A stretch of DNA of 64,000 bases from Eledone cirrhosa (taxonomy: Eukaryota): positions 99,820,001 to 99,884,000 of the forward strand of contig OZ024746.1 of assembly GCA_964016885.1 (NCBI GenBank), read 5' to 3'. The notes under the pieces are model-generated. The model ran no database searches. It was not told the origin of the DNA and was given only the letters and a program-made list of their open reading frames with translations. A program made the position numbers and the translations under genes. This document shows positions 1 to 14,349 of the stretch, piece after piece (within the stretch, counting starts at the first letter, position 1; every line of letters starts with the position of its first letter).

Positions 1-128
1 ATGTATCATATCTACATGCATATATACTTGCATATAATATCAATATACACACTACACATGCTAGCAGAAAACCACCCGAGGGTGGTTTTCTGCTAGTGAT
101 ATTAATAAATGGAAACTATATCCCTTTG

Positions 129-181
<53 letters not shown>

Positions 182-889
182 GGAAGCAGAAAATTGCTTA
201 TTGTGATCCAGTTCTTGGTTAAGAAAGCCAGTTTCATGGACGGTTTCAAATATGTTTATATTTATATGTATATATATATACATGTGTGTATATATATATA
301 TAATATATGTATATATATAATATATGTATATATATTTTCGTAAATGGAATCTATTTTTCCCATACGTAATGTTGAGAGAGAAAGAGAGAGAGCGTATGTG
401 AAAGACAGATAGATATCACCATAGTAACTAACTACACAACAAGTGATGCTTTCTTGCCAATACTCCCAGCTTGTTGCCAACTGTTGTTGCTGGTTTGCGT
501 TTTCGTTACTCGTGACACCAATCGTGAACCGAGGCAATTTATGTACGGAAAAATTATTCGTATACCAATTTGTTTGCGATGAGAGGTTCCACTATTTTAC
601 TTAATTAAAAATACATAGAATAAAGGGAAGTAACTCCTAAAATTGAAATTCTTTTCTGCTTAGATTATTTCCCTTCTAAATGATTACGCAATCAATAAAA
701 CTTAGTTTTAGTGGAAGGTTCGGCGAAATTTTATTAATAAAAAAAACTTTAAGGCCGAAAAGTCCGAAGTTTTTTTAAATTAACATCAGAAATGATAGAT
801 AACAGCAAAATAACTGTTTCCTTCACAACATCTCAGTTTCTTTAAAGACGGTATACATATTTATTAGGACTTTCTTCTTCTTCTTCTTC

Positions 890-1244
890 TTCGCCCACTT
901 GAGAGGGTCATTGGGGCAGAGTCCTCAAACACTCCATCCAGCAGGTCCGGTCAGAAGCAACCGTCTCCAACTGATCCGGCTGGATCCCCAAGTGAGACCA
1001 GCCAAGCTCATCGATGTTATCCCACCATCTTGCTTGGGGTCTACTCCTGGGTCTCTTGCCGGTTGGTTTTGCCCGTAAAATCTGTCCAGACATTTTTTCC
1101 TGAGAGATTCTAACCACATGTCCATGTATCGGAGCTGTGATATCTCAGTTCGGAGAAGTAGTGGCTCTTTCTGGAATTACTCTCTGATCTCTGAGTTACA
1201 CACTTTATCGAGTAACGTTATCCCAAAGACCCTTTGGAGGAATC
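890..1244 (-). mobile_element. RTE LINE 3' fragment (second RTE family)
   Basis: KPTGKRPRSRPQARWWDNI peptide and (AAG)n tail; related pieces at ~11150-11520 and ~17690-17870. Confidence 0.75.
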
Positions 1245-2586
1245 ACGAAGGGGGGTAGTTACGGTTCTAGGACAGCATTCCTCAACATATGAGATGTCAC
1301 CTGGTGTACCACAGGGATCTGTTCTAGGCTCCCTTTTGTTTCTTGCATATATTGATGACATAGATGTCAACTTAAAGAATGCCACAGTACTGAAATATTC
1401 AGATGACATCAAGCTGTACCTTGAGATAAAAAGGACTGATTCCGAACACTATAGATCTTTCCTGCAATCAGACCTTGACATAATGCAGCAATGGATCACG
1501 GACTGGCAACTCAAGCTGGCTGTGGACAAGTGTACCACCATGCATTTTGGGAGGAAAAACCCAGCGTTCACATATTCCCACCACAACACTAATCTCAACA
1601 AGTCTTCTTGTGAACGTGATCTGGGCATTATTGTCAACAGCGATTTGCGTTGGACAAAGCATGTCTCTAAAATTGTCAAGAAGGCTGAGGGTGTCTTACC
1701 ATCACTCAGTAAGACCTTTGTCAGCCACTCTCCAGCTATCTATTTAAAGCTGTATATAGCTATGGTACATCCACACTTAGAATTTGCATCACCAGTCTGG
1801 AACCCCTATCTTGCTAAGAACATTGACATCTTGGAAACTGTTCAGAGACGTGCAACGAAGCGAATACCCTCCATCAGGCATCTACCATACTCTGAATGCT
1901 TTGCTTCCGTAGGCATGGATACATTAAAGCTCCGATGTCTGGCAACTGACTTGGTAAACACCCACAAAATTATTAACCATCTTGCCAACAACAACCCTGA
2001 GTACCTTTTTGATTTCCATGTGTCTAACACCCGTGGGCATGCCAACAAAGTCAGAAAGCAGCACAGCTCCCATGACTTTCGGAAACAATTTTTTCATGCT
2101 CAGAGTTGCTGAAGCAGGGAACAAACTACCTGCATCAGTTGTTAGCTGTCGAGACACTGCATCCTTTAAAACCTCCATGCTTCCTGAAATTCGCCAACAC
2201 TACACCTAATATTCCCCCTCCATACACACGCACACATGTATTTGTATGTATATCATGACTCATATACTGTTTACTTTCCTGACATTCATACATTATTCTA
2301 TGTACAGGGCGGAGGATTGGCAGTATTGGCGATAAGGGTCAGAGACTATGCTTTGCAGTATAGAGTTACGGCCCTTTACGGTCTGAGTTCAAATCCCGCC
2401 AAAGTTCACTTTGCCTTTCATCCTTACGGGGTCGATACAATAAAGTACCAGTAATGCACTGGGATAATTGCTGGCCTTGTGCTAAAAGTCAAAACAATTA
2501 TTCTATATACTATACATGCACCTTTGATGAGTTGTAGTGCACCTGAGCACTGTACGCAATAATTTCATTATTATTATTATTATTAA
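1245..2586 (+). mobile_element. 5'-truncated CR1-clade LINE with (ATT)n tail, interrupted by a SINE
   Basis: GVPQGSVLG, YSDDIKLY, ERDLG, LETVQRRATK, TRGH motifs. 3' UTR shared with 9438-9750 (+) and ~30030-30345 (-). Confidence 0.9.
2305..2500 (+). mobile_element. tRNA-derived SINE, representative of ~20 copies. Plus: ~3152, 8024, 9297, 11680, 47860, 52035, 52990, 53220, 53545, 59385. Minus: ~12048, 12443, 20090, 27245, 31048, 31248, 34280, 54217
   Basis: A-box-like tggcagtattgg, B-box gagttcaaatcc, conserved core actttgcctttcatccttacggggtcgata (Meta/MESC-like from recollection). This copy has TSD attattctat(g/a)tac. Confidence 0.9.
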
Positions 2587-4227
2587 TGACCATAGGCAAG
2601 GGTTGGCATGATTAGTACCCTGATTATTAAATATTTGAAAATATCAGTATTTCGGCAGGGTCCCATGTTCTGCCATCACCACCGTAGACATTGCACATCA
2701 TGTAGTTCAATATTCTATAATCTACATTATGAAGACGCGTGGCATACTGGTTAGGGTGTTCAGTTGTTGATCGAAAGACCTTGGCGTCAATCCATGGCGG
2801 TGTGTTGTGTTCTTCAACAAGGCATTGTACTTGACATTACTCACCTGTAATTCAAAGGGCCAGCCTTGTCACACTGTGTCCTGCTGAATTTCCCGGAGAA
2901 TTACATTATGGGTACATGTGTCTGTGGAATGCTCGGCCACTTGCACGATAATTTCATGTTTCAACATCTGGAACGCTTGTCGCCAGAACTGATGGAGGTC
3001 GAAAACAATCTACATTATAAATCTACTTAACGTCCTCATAATCAAAAACATATAGACCACCAACAGGTTCAATCCTGTAATATGGAATTATGTCAAAATA
3101 TATTCCATTGTCTATGAACAGGAAAACTGAGACATTAATATTCCTTTACAGTATCAGTAGAGGGTCGAACGCCATGCTTAGCAGCATAGAGTTACCGCCC
3201 TTTATGATCTGAGTTCAAATCCCGCCGAGGTTAACTTTGCCTTTCATCCTTACAGGGTCGATAAATTAGAGTACCAGTCACGCACTGGAGTCGATTTAAT
3301 CGACTTTCCCCTCACCTCAAAATTGCTGACCTTGTGCCTATATAAGAAACCATTAATATTCAACCTCTTGTTTCAGGAAATACGCAACAATAAAAGCATT
3401 TGTTATTTTTTACCTTTACTGTTTATGTCCAGCATTTTCTTTGACCATTTATCATCATCATTGCTGTTGTCGTCGTCATTTTAACATCTGCTTTCCCTCC
3501 TTGCAAGGGTTCAACAGGTCTTCATACATCAAGTCAATACTGAAGTGGAGCCACTGATCTCCCGGAAAGGCAAAGGATCTGTCTTGCTTATGTATGGTCG
3601 ACGTTCCACCGTCTGCAAAGGAGAGGTTGTCATGTCTTTGACACAACTGAGGGTCCTTCCAACCCTTTGTTTAGCAAGATTTCTGCAGCTGGATGCCCTT
3701 CCGATCACCAACTGTACAGCATGTTTCTGGTTGGTGATCTATATTTTATCTTATATATTGCAGTCAATAATATACCAATATATTAACTTTTAATATCCTG
3801 TACCACACATGAAGCCACATTATTAAGACATTCCTGAAAAGTACAAAATAAAACTATGACCAAGCCAATTACCAGGCTTCAGAGCTTTTGTAGCATATTC
3901 CAGGACGTCTTTTATAAACACTATTTTCTAAATCTGAGGGTGCGCCATTAAAAAGTATGGTGGGGAGCATTGTCATCCAATGACCAACCCCCTCCCGAGT
4001 GACATACCCGACTATAACTGCACCTCCTTAAAAATTAATGTATTTACTCTAACACTGCAAATTTTCACAAAGATTGCTTCACTTGTAAAGATAGTATAAA
4101 GAAATTCCCAAATAGGTTTCTAGATATTCCACATCAGGTATGGGCTGCCTTTGGCTACATAAAATATGGCGCCTCATTAGGCAGGTTGCACTACTAAAAA
4201 TTTCAAAAGACATCAAATTTACATATA

Positions 4228-4419
4228 TGAGGGTAGGCTGAAAACTTCATAGTCTGACTATGAAGGAGTGATGCTAGTGCTGTGAAATCTTCGATGCATT
4301 AATTTCAACTCTTCTTATAAATAATTGCATTGTTTCTTTCCAGGGACTATGTTGAAAAATAAACCAGTCATTCCAAGAGAGTGTCTTGGTCAGTCTATAA
4401 ACTTTTCAGCCGACCCTTG
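4228..4419. mobile_element. Tc1/mariner-type MITE
   Basis: Imperfect ~30-bp TIRs (tgagggtaggctgaaaacttcatagtctgac / gtcagtctataaacttttcagccgacccttg) flanked by TA on both sides. Confidence 0.75.
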
Positions 4420-4955
4420 TAGAACTTACTAACATACAGTTATATGTTTTATTAAAAAGATTAAACTCTATCATTCATTAATTCTATAGTTTATTTTTAT
4501 ACACAATAACATAAGAATGATTATAGCTAGAGCTCTCGTGGACACACAAGAAATGCCAAAATATATAACACTGGTCAACACATGTTTTGCTGGCACGTTT
4601 AGTTGTTGTTTTAAGCTAATTTTGAAATGCTGATTTCAAATATGGTATCCATCTTTTCCCAACACATCAGGTTTGTCTTTCGCTCAGCTATCCCATAAAC
4701 ACAGGAAACACAGATATCTTGTATACTTTCCTTGTTGGCCAAGTAAAAAGTTGACCATTTTCAGATCCACACATATGTCCCATTTGTGTTCATCATATTT
4801 GAGTAAATCTAATACAGTTTTTATGTTTTCATGCTTTCAGAGTGACCAATAGGAATTGTCCCTAACAAGTTTCCATTATGGAGTAATACTGTGAAAATAC
4901 AATTGTATATATAGAGTAATGTAAGGGTTAAAATGCCTAATAATATATTAACTTG

Positions 4956-6538
4956 CTAGTCTTGTTTTATGCTATCCTCTACTAGTTTATATTTGACTGA
5001 TAATAGAAATGGTGTTCTCGATTTAATTTGTTGTACTTCTTTCTTGCTAAGCTGACGTCTATTACCAAGTTTTTTCTTATCAGGTATGTGTCTTGTAGAC
5101 ATAGCCAAGTTATCAAACTTGGCTACATTTTTATAGTTATTTTCCTCTTCTACAATAGTAGAAATGTGTCTTTGTCTTAAAGTGTTACGAAGACTTTTTC
5201 TAGGTTTAGATATTTCCTCCTCCATATATTCAGCTGCAGTAATTTCAAACGAATGTGCATAGTTATGAATGCTTTGATATTGACTCCCGTACATGATATT
5301 ATACCTTAATTTTCGAAATACTGCTTTTTTAATACTATCTGGAATTTGCAATAAGTGGTCAAGTCTTTTACTAGTAATATTAGTAGAAGATATGATATGA
5401 AAAAATGTTTCCAGCCTGTGTAGAAGCATTCCAAAAAACTGAATCAGAAAAATAAAGCCATATACTATAAGAAACACAAAAGAGAAAATGTCAACCTCAA
5501 CATCTTCTTCAAAAGAAATCACAACAGGTTTCCGGTATTGTAACATAAAATTAATAACCATCCACAAAAGGTTGAGTAGAATCAAGGCATAACAACCATT
5601 TGTGCGAAATTCTAACAAATCTTCCTTTGCTTTTCGTTCTTCTTCTAGGGTGGGTTTAAGAGGATAAAGATATGTAACGATAAATTGCTGCCAGAAGTCA
5701 TATTCATCTTTTGAAAGTTTGGCTATTTGTCCATCTCCGAGAGATGGGTGTCGTATCCAAAATTTTGTAGAACTTTTTTTCTTCTTAGGTGTCTCTATTT
5801 CAGAAATTTCAACAATTTCAGGACTGTCATTAAATGTCACTTTTGATTTCCTGAGTGTTGTTGATAAAGTGTTTGTACTATGCTCAATACTAGATTGCGT
5901 TTTTATGTTATTTGAAAGGGATTTTATATTTTCATTCATTTCCTTTAAGAGAACTAACATTTTATCCTCATTTTTATTCATATTGAAAAGGCTTTTAACC
6001 ATCATAGACATTTCTGAAATTCCCAACATATTGCCAAGCTTTGATATATAAGAATTATTGTCTTTGGTTAGCTTTTTTTCTATAGCTTTAGCTTCTTCAA
6101 CAGGAGTTTCTTTTACCTCTCGGGTTCCCCATGATACTACATGCATATTACACATAGAGTACACAACTAGAGTTAGATAGGCTAGTGGTATACATAAAAA
6201 GTATATGAGACCACAAATCAAGCAGAAGATTTCTTGTAAATGTAATAGGCCAGAAAATATAATTAAAGCACTCATAGACAATATTACAACGACTTCTGGA
6301 TGAAAAAGTGATGTTTCCCCAGCTGTAATAATGATTCCAACAATTACAGCCAGCATGATAAAGGTGTAAACAGCAGCTTGAATAGAAGCTAAAATCAGTT
6401 GTGTTTTAGTGTTTAAGTAAAAACATGCTATAACATACAACATATTTGGAATGAGCACCAATAAATAGGACAATGGTACTCCTAAGGAAAACACAGTATC
6501 AAGTGCCATAGCAATCATCATCATAACTGTTGCAGGCC
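4956..6538 (-). CDS. chs: Chitin synthase terminal coding exon (TM bundle, SWGTRE, C-terminal tail, TAG stop)
   Basis: ttcag|GG acceptor at 6539-6540. 1583-bp open frame with NMHVVSWGTRE, FW..FI..YLYP and QFFGMLLHR motifs. Confidence 0.96.
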
Positions 6539-7199
6539 CTGAAAAAGAGAAAAACCTGATTTAGTTTCATTTTTGTAATTATACATTGTATATATAAATT
6601 GAAATTATACATTGTATATATAAATTGTAATTATACATTGTATATATAAATTGTATATATACATTGTATATATACATTGTATATATACATTGTATATATA
6701 CATTTTCTACATTTTATATATAAGGTATTTTGAAATGAAATGGAAACTGCAATATATTTTTCAAACAGGTCCCTCTACCTAAGGACTGAACGGGTCTCTT
6801 GTTAACCCACGTGAAGGATGGTGTGGTATGGTTCTTTTTAGTTCCTCTCACGATATTGCAGTTTAGGTGGTCTTATTTGCACCAGTCCCCAATTTGGTAC
6901 TTTCTCAAACCTGCAAAGAATAGGCTCTTTTAGAGGTGGCCTTTACTTACCTCATCATAGTTACATCATTGGGTTGAGAGAGTTTTCTTGGTAGTTACAA
7001 GTGTCCCCCATTGCTCCATCTCCCCTAGTAATTTACTGCTGTTGGTCCGGGGTTGCTTATTCTTCTGGCAGCTGCCTGCTTATAACGCAACTAACTATCA
7101 TATCTATTGGTTGTATCTGGCAGAGCAGCACAGCCGGTGACCTGTGCTGGGAAGAGTAGGATGGGTGCACAAAGATTGCATATCCTGAGAACCCAAAGA

Positions 7200-9437
7200 G
7201 AGTTTGGAAGGGAGCAAACCTTGACAAATAGAACATGGAACATCACAACCCTGACAGGCAAGGAGCAACAACTAGTGGAGGAAGCAAGATATAGTCAGGG
7301 TTTCCTCAACAAAGTCCCGTGGCTCTGATACTGTACATTTGGATGGAGGATGGAAACTCCACTATTCAGGTGTGGTGCCAGAAATGACTGCACAGGTAAG
7401 AGTGGGGATACTCACAAGCCCTTGGCTGTCAGAATGTGTTATGGACTGGATACCATTAGGAGGGAGGATTTACCCCTTGAAGCTTTTGTTGAAAGATAAA
7501 TCTCTGTGGGTGGTGCAAGTTTATGCACAAAACAAGGATCCGAATACAGGTCCTTCCTTGATGAAGTCACTGCAGCGTTAGATGTAGTTAAGACTGAGTC
7601 ATATATCCTGATGGGAGACTTCAATGTACATGTTGGCACTGACCACCTGACATGGAAAGGAGTGATTGGAAGGAATGGTGACCCCAGACTAAATATAAAT
7701 GGAGAGGCCTTACTAAACTTCTGTCCTAGCAATTGACTCTCTATTATGAACACCTTCTTCAAGCAAAGAGACATCCATAAATATACATGATATAAGGGGA
7801 ATCAGGGATAGAGATCAATAATTGAATTTGTTATTGTCTCTGATCTCTTTGATTCTATGCTGGATGTTTGTGTTAAGAGAGGGGCTGAGCTGTCAACTGA
7901 TCACCATCTAGTTACCTGCAACTTGAGACTAACTAAAGCTAAAGAAGCCCACAAAACTGGCAGGTCCAGGGTGACCTACAGGTTAAAGTGGGAAGCATTG
8001 GTGGATAAGGAAGTTAGGACTAGAATTGGCAGTATCGGTAGAGGGTCGGACGCCATGCCTTCCAGCATAGAGTTACGCCCCTTTATGGTCCGAGTTCAAA
8101 TCCCGCCGAGGTTAACTTACCCTTTCATCCTTACGGGGTCGATAAAATAAAGTACCAGTAATGCACTGGGATAATTGCTGGCCTTGTGCCAATAATAGAA
8201 ACAGTTATTACATCCCAAATCAGAGAACTCCCTGAGCAAACTGAGGATGTTGAGACAGAGTGGAGATCGTTCAGCTCAGCAGTTTCTGCTTCAGCTGTTA
8301 AATGCTACAGGTGAAAGAGACATGGTGTGGCATCAGATGGCAGGAGGACCTCTTGGGTCAATCAAGAGGTCAAAGTTGCCATCCAAGCAAAGGAAGACTA
8401 CAAAGCTTGGATTGAGAATAAGTCCTCCTTCTTGCACTTACAGTAAAAGCAGGAATCATACCAGAGACATTAAAGGTGTCCAAAATTAAGACATGGTAAT
8501 AAGAAGTCCTCCTCCTAACCTGCTATCAGGAATATGCCTGGGGTTCTCCTCTCTTCAGAGAGGTGCATCCTCATGAGGTGAAGAGAATACTTTGCTGATC
8601 TCCTAAACACGATCACAACAGCATCTTCTGATGTACACGAGGTGCATCTGGTAGTGGTGACTAACTCTTGGAGGCTCAGTTCACAAGAACAGTTAAAGAG
8701 CTCAAATTTGTCAAAGCCACTGGGGAAGTTAAAATTCAGCCCGAGATGTTAAAAGCATTAAGTATCAAAGAGAGAAGGTATTCTCTATCTGATTTGTGTG
8801 TACTGGGTGGCCTGGATTTCTAAAAATGTACCTAAGCAATGGCAATCGGGAGTGATAATCCCAATTTTCAAAAAGGAAGACAAGGGAGATTGTTCCAATT
8901 ACAGAGGGATCTTCTTGTTAAGCCTCCCAAGTAAAGTCTTTGCTAAGTGTCTGGCAGGGAGATTGTCAACTCCTAGTTAGCTGATGAACAGTGCGGTTTT
9001 TGCCCCAAATGACACACCTGACCAAATATTCACACTGCAGCAGGTCTTCAAGAAATTGTGGGAGTATTGACAAGAGGTGTATTCTTGTTTTGTAGACATC
9101 AAAAAGGCATATGACCACATTCTTTGGGACCTGCTGAGGAAGGTTCTGCAAGCATATGGGATCAATGGTCAGCTTCTTGTTACCCTGATGTCTCTATATG
9201 AATGCTTGAGTATTTGGCAATAAATCGAAACCATTCAATGTAGGAGTTGGATTTCACTAAGGGGGTGTACTGTCACCTCTCCTGTTCATGATAATACGGT
9301 GAATTGGCAGTATCGGTAGAGGATCAGACGCCATGCTTTCTAGCATAGTTACATCCCTTTACAGTCTGAGTTCAAATCCGGTCAAGGTTAACTTTGCCTT
9401 TCATCCTGGTTGTGGTATCATGACTGGCAGGTGTAAA
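7200..9437 (+). mobile_element. Degraded RTE LINE with APE endonuclease and RT remnants, interrupted by SINEs
   Basis: TWNITTL, ILMGDFNVHVG, LSTDHHLV (APE) and CSNYRGI.LLS (RT) motifs across several frames. Confidence 0.85.
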
Positions 9438-12400
9438 TTCACAGCTCCCATGGCTTTCAGAAATATCTTTTCATGTTTGGAGTTGCTGAAGCATGGAACA
9501 AACTACCTGCATCAGTTGTTAGCTGTCGGGACACTACATCCTTCAAAACTTCCATGCTTCCTGAAATTCGCCAACACTACACCTGATATTCCCCTTCCAT
9601 ACATATGCACTCATGTGTCTGTGTGTATATCATGACTCATACACTGTTCACTTTTCTGACATTTGTACATTATTCTATGTACTATACATGCACCTTTGAT
9701 AAGTTGTAGTGCACCTGAGCACTGTACACAATAATTTTCATTATTATTATATTTATAAATCTAATTTCTATTGTTATATTTTTCTCAAATCATGGATAGT
9801 GTATGTCCACAAATGGAGGAATATCTGTTTAGCAAACTTCAGAGCAGGAAAAGTGTACATTTTGAAACTAGTTAGGCCCGAGTTGTGACAGTAATGCTAT
9901 CAAAATATGAAATATCTTATAAATCTTTTCATGAATTTCTTGTCTTTGAGACAAATGATATTCAATTACCTTCTTCCCATTCAAAGGAGGTAAATCCCTC
10001 ATCTGGGACGCCACATGTTGTGACATATTTTCCACCTCCAGCTTAGTTGCTTTGGTGACAAACTCCGGTATTGTGCCTCACATTGCAGAGGAAAGGAAGA
10101 CAAACAAATACCAAGGATTGTTTGGGCGCTTCCTCTTCGCACCAGTCGCCGTCGAGATCTCAGGCATACTTGGACCCTGTACAGCCTAGCTCCTCTGTAA
10201 AACCAGAATGTCAGCAGCCTGTCTTAGCCCCATGAGGTGGGTTGGCTGTAGGTGTCACTGGCCATTGTCCACAGAAATTCCTTTGCAGTTTTGTCCATAG
10301 GGTACAGCCCAAACACTGCCCTGCCCTAGGCCCAGGGCCCATCACCCTCTCCTCTTTCCCCTCCTTTTCTTCTGTGGCCCAAGAATCCATACTTTTTCCA
10401 TCCTTTTCCTCTCATTTATGGAATTTATAATCCTTTCCTGTACTTTCCCATACAACCAGATCCGCCCTTCTTTACCCCTTTTTCTCATTATTAATTTTGT
10501 TTTCATATTTATGTAATTATCAATGGTTTTTAAGCCAACTTTGTGAGTGAAACACATTTATTGAGAATAAATATTTATAAATTGTTATCAACATATATTT
10601 GCAATCTTGCAATTTGGAATGAGCATTTTTAAGCTTAGTAAAAATTTCTGAAAATGTGTACTTGTGCTGTATTACGAGGCTGTGTCCCCATTAGTTCTTT
10701 GGAAACCGCAAGCAGTCACTAATAACAGGGGACACAAGCTCTCCTTCCTCGATGTCATCTCCAGAGATTCTGATATTGAAATCCAGGACTTGGCAACAGC
10801 AATGAACGACAGACCAACGTTGTTGAGTCCATTTCGGCTGAGGCCTCCGGATGATGATAACGATGATGATAATACAATCCCTAGCCCTTTCTTTTGCCCT
10901 AATTTGAGTTTTAAATTTCTCTTATTATACACGAGAAAATATAGTATTTTTCTTTTATTCATAATACACACAGGATACATATGAACATTATTTTTAGTGT
11001 ATATATATAGACATAAATATGTGTGTGTGCGTAAATTAAAACTTTTCAGAAAAGCCGAAATTTTTGTTGGCTATTGGCTAAAAGAGACAATTTCATATCT
11101 GTGTTGAATTAGTATTGATTTCATCATCATCATCATCATCATCATCCAGCTGGATCCCCAAGCAAGACCAGCCAAGCTCATGGATGTTATCCAACCACCT
11201 TGCTTGGGGTTTACCCCCTGGGTCTCTTGCTGGTTGGTTTTGCTCGTAAAATTTGTCCAGCAATGCTTTCCTGAGACATTCTAACTATATGCCCATCATC
11301 ATCATCATCATCATTTGTCGACTACTGTCGAGATGATGGATCTCACTCTCGTGCCCATAGTGATCTCTCAATTCAGAGAAGTAGCAGCTCAACCTGGAGT
11401 GACTCTATCAAGTAACGTTACTCCAAAGACCCTTCGGAGGAACCCCATTTCAGCTGCTTGTATTAGCAATCGTATTCTTTTGGTTATTAATCAAGATTCA
11501 CGACCATAGGTAAGGGTTGATTTCAGAATATTTTTCTAATTTGTTCCTACAAGGAGGATGGGTCTTTTTTTTTTTTGTCTTTTAATCTTAAATGTGCTAA
11601 CATCGTATAAGATAGAAATGTCATCACAATTTCTGAAAATAAATATTCATAACTTTACTACAGTTATTATACAGGCTAATAAAAGGATTTATCTGCTCGG
11701 TAGAGTGCTGGACAACATGCTTGGTGGCATAGAGTTATAGCCCTTTACATTCTGACTTCAAATCCCACCAAGGTTAGCTTTGGCTGTCATCCATACGGGG
11801 TCAATAAAATAAAGTACCAGTAATACACTGGGGTTGATTTAATCAATTTTCCCTTTCCCCAAAAATTGTTGGCCTGGTGCCTAAATCAGAAAGCATTATG
11901 CAGGCTAGGGATGGGTTAAATTGCTGAAGTGTGTAAACCATTCAAATAAGAAGACTGTCAACAAGATTATAACCAGTGATGTGCTATGGAAATATAACCT
12001 AGGATAAAAAAGATATGCATGGCAGTCTCTATTTAATTGACTTTATAATTGTTTCTACTTTTGGTACAAGGCCAGTAATTATCCCAGTGTATTACTGGTA
12101 CTTTACTTTATTGACCCCATAAGGAAGAAAGGCAAAATTAACCTCAGTGGGATTTGAACTCAGACCATAAAGGGCCGTAATTCTGTGCTGCAAAACATGG
12201 CATCCGACCCTCTACCGATATTGCCACTCCGCAATAGTAACCATATTTCATCATCATCATCACCGTTTAGTGATGCTTGCATGGGTCAGACGGGTCGTCC
12301 ATGTCTGGAAACAAGTGTGGTCAGAATTAACCACACTGTGTCTTACTACAACAGGATTGTAAATTTGGCCAGGGATTTTACAGGTGAATGCCCTTCCTAA

Positions 12401-12677
12401 CACCAACCACATTTACAAGATAATATAAATCAACAAACAAATAATTGTTTTTACTTTAGGCACAAGGCCAGCAATTTGAAGGGTAAATCGATTAAATCAA
12501 CCCCAGTGCATTACTGGTACTTTATTTTATCGACTCCCATAAGGATCAAAGGCAAAGCTAACCTCGGTGGGATTTGAACTCAGATTGTAAAGGGCCATAA
12601 CTTTATGCTCCCAAGCATACTGCCAATCCAACTACAAATAAATGATAATAAAAATAAATAGAGGAAAATGTTCTTAC

Positions 12678-12932
12678 CAATTATTGTTAAAATCATTATG
12701 ACCAACTGATACAAGATGAATAGGAAGCTGACATTATCATTCTTTTGTATTGTTAATTTATAACTGCCTAACAGATCTAAGATATTAGCTATGGTTGAGG
12801 GCATCCAACGTCGACGTTGGTTGAAAAATTCATTGAATGATTCTGGAGCAAATGTATAAGCATCAGAGGCTGCACTGTAACCAATCTTATAACCTTGTTG
12901 TAGAAGCAGTGTACATAACCAGCGATCTTCAC
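12678..12932 (-). CDS. chs: Chitin synthase catalytic exon (GEDRWLCTLLLQQGY...QRRRW)
   Basis: ttcag|GT acceptor, G|gtaaga donor. EDR catalytic motif and QRRRW signature. Confidence 0.98.
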
Positions 12933-13742
12933 CTGAAGATAAAAAAGGGTGTTTCAATATTTTAGGCAGCAATTAACATTAACTGATAACTATACCTTAT
13001 GGAAATCAACAGAAGAAAGAAAGAAAAATTAAGGAAGACTAAATTGTAATATTTATAATTAAAAGAAATAATTTCAAAATATAAAAGGATTCTGCTTTCA
13101 CCTGTAGGGATTAATTGTTGGTAGTGGATTGTGTTGTGGTGTTGATTCATTTGTTGTGTACTCATTTGTAGCTTGCTGTGTTGTGTAGTCACTGTTATGT
13201 GATACAGTGTGACCAGAGGTTGCATGTGTACAGGTAAGTAAGTGTTCAATAAGATGATGTTATGATAGTTCCTTGACCACACAGAAAATGAATATATATA
13301 AATGAACCACGATGGCACCAAACAGCTATGATATTAAGTTATTGAAAATAACTCACACCGAAGCTATACTAAAAATACACAGGAATTATGGACGTTATTG
13401 GTTTGTTTGTAAAAGTAGAGTTAAATTGTATTTACCAAGAAAACTTTGTGGACTTCACTGTCTTAAGAGAGACCAAGAGATAGAGTGAATGAGAGAGAGT
13501 AAGAATCGGTAGACACCAAGGGGTCTGCAGAAATGTAAAATATATCAAGTCACTGTCTGTTATTGGCAATAGTAGTTGAAGTGATGACCTGAGTTGCTGT
13601 TGCTGGTCGAAGGAGTTGCGGTGACCGTGTCTGGACAGCGTGGAAATTCTGCGGCGACTGACAAAGTTTTGGGACCTCTTCATCTTTAGGCGGAAGTGAT
13701 GTCACTAAGGTTTTGCACATGTATCCACTACACACCTAAGGT

Positions 13743-14031
13743 CAGGGTTGGATTTAGACTTGGGGTGCCTGGGCACTTCAGGTTTTGGAGGCCTCACATA
13801 TTCAAAAAACATAGAATACATAGCAACCTCAAACACCCCCAATTTTGTATATCAAAGTTAGCTTGGCACAAATAATTGGAATTGAAAAGTTACACATACA
13901 GGTAATAAATTCAAAATTTCTAACCATCCTAAAACTATAAAGCCCAGCTGAGGACAAAAATAAATTGCTACGGCCGTCACTTAAGGGGCCTGGGGGCAAT
14001 TACCCCTTTGCTCCCCATTAAATCCGGCCCT
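13743..14031. mobile_element. hAT-type MITE; second decayed copy at ~51672-51942
   Basis: TIR-like ends cagggttggattta / taaatccggccct and 8-bp TSD cctaaggt / cctaagat. Confidence 0.75.
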
Positions 14032-14349
14032 CCTAAGATATCAAACATCAACATGAGCCAATGAGGAAACTTCAACTCCTAGAAATTGCAGCAAAATTTT
14101 CTCAAATTTCACCTGACAATCTTAAATAAGGAAGGCCGCAGAGGCCAAAGTAGTTAATGATATATGAAAAAAGAGATAAAATAAGATAGATGACCTGAGA
14201 CTAAGAAACAACTATCGTATCATACCAACAAAACAAACTTCAGCTACTAGAGACAGCTAATACCCTTACCATGTTAACATTAAAGAAATATACTGGATAG
14301 TACAGTTCTATGTACACTATGTTTTACAAAGATAAGAGTATGATGAAAT

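Noticed and set aside
570-745. Possible hammerhead with long stem II (gcgatga...ttccacta/tagtggaa...cgaaa)
   Set aside because: Core is GCGAUGA rather than CUGAUGA and stems I and III are unconvincing.
2305-2400. tRNA gene suggested by A and B boxes
   Set aside because: SINE head without a complete cloverleaf, followed by the SINE core, in many diverged copies.
8981-8987. CTGATGA heptamer
   Set aside because: Lies in RT coding remnant with no stem II or matching GAAA and stem I.
12580-12972. ORF-track boundaries for CHS segments
   Set aside because: They run past splice sites into intron and SINE sequence; replaced by GT-AG exon boundaries.
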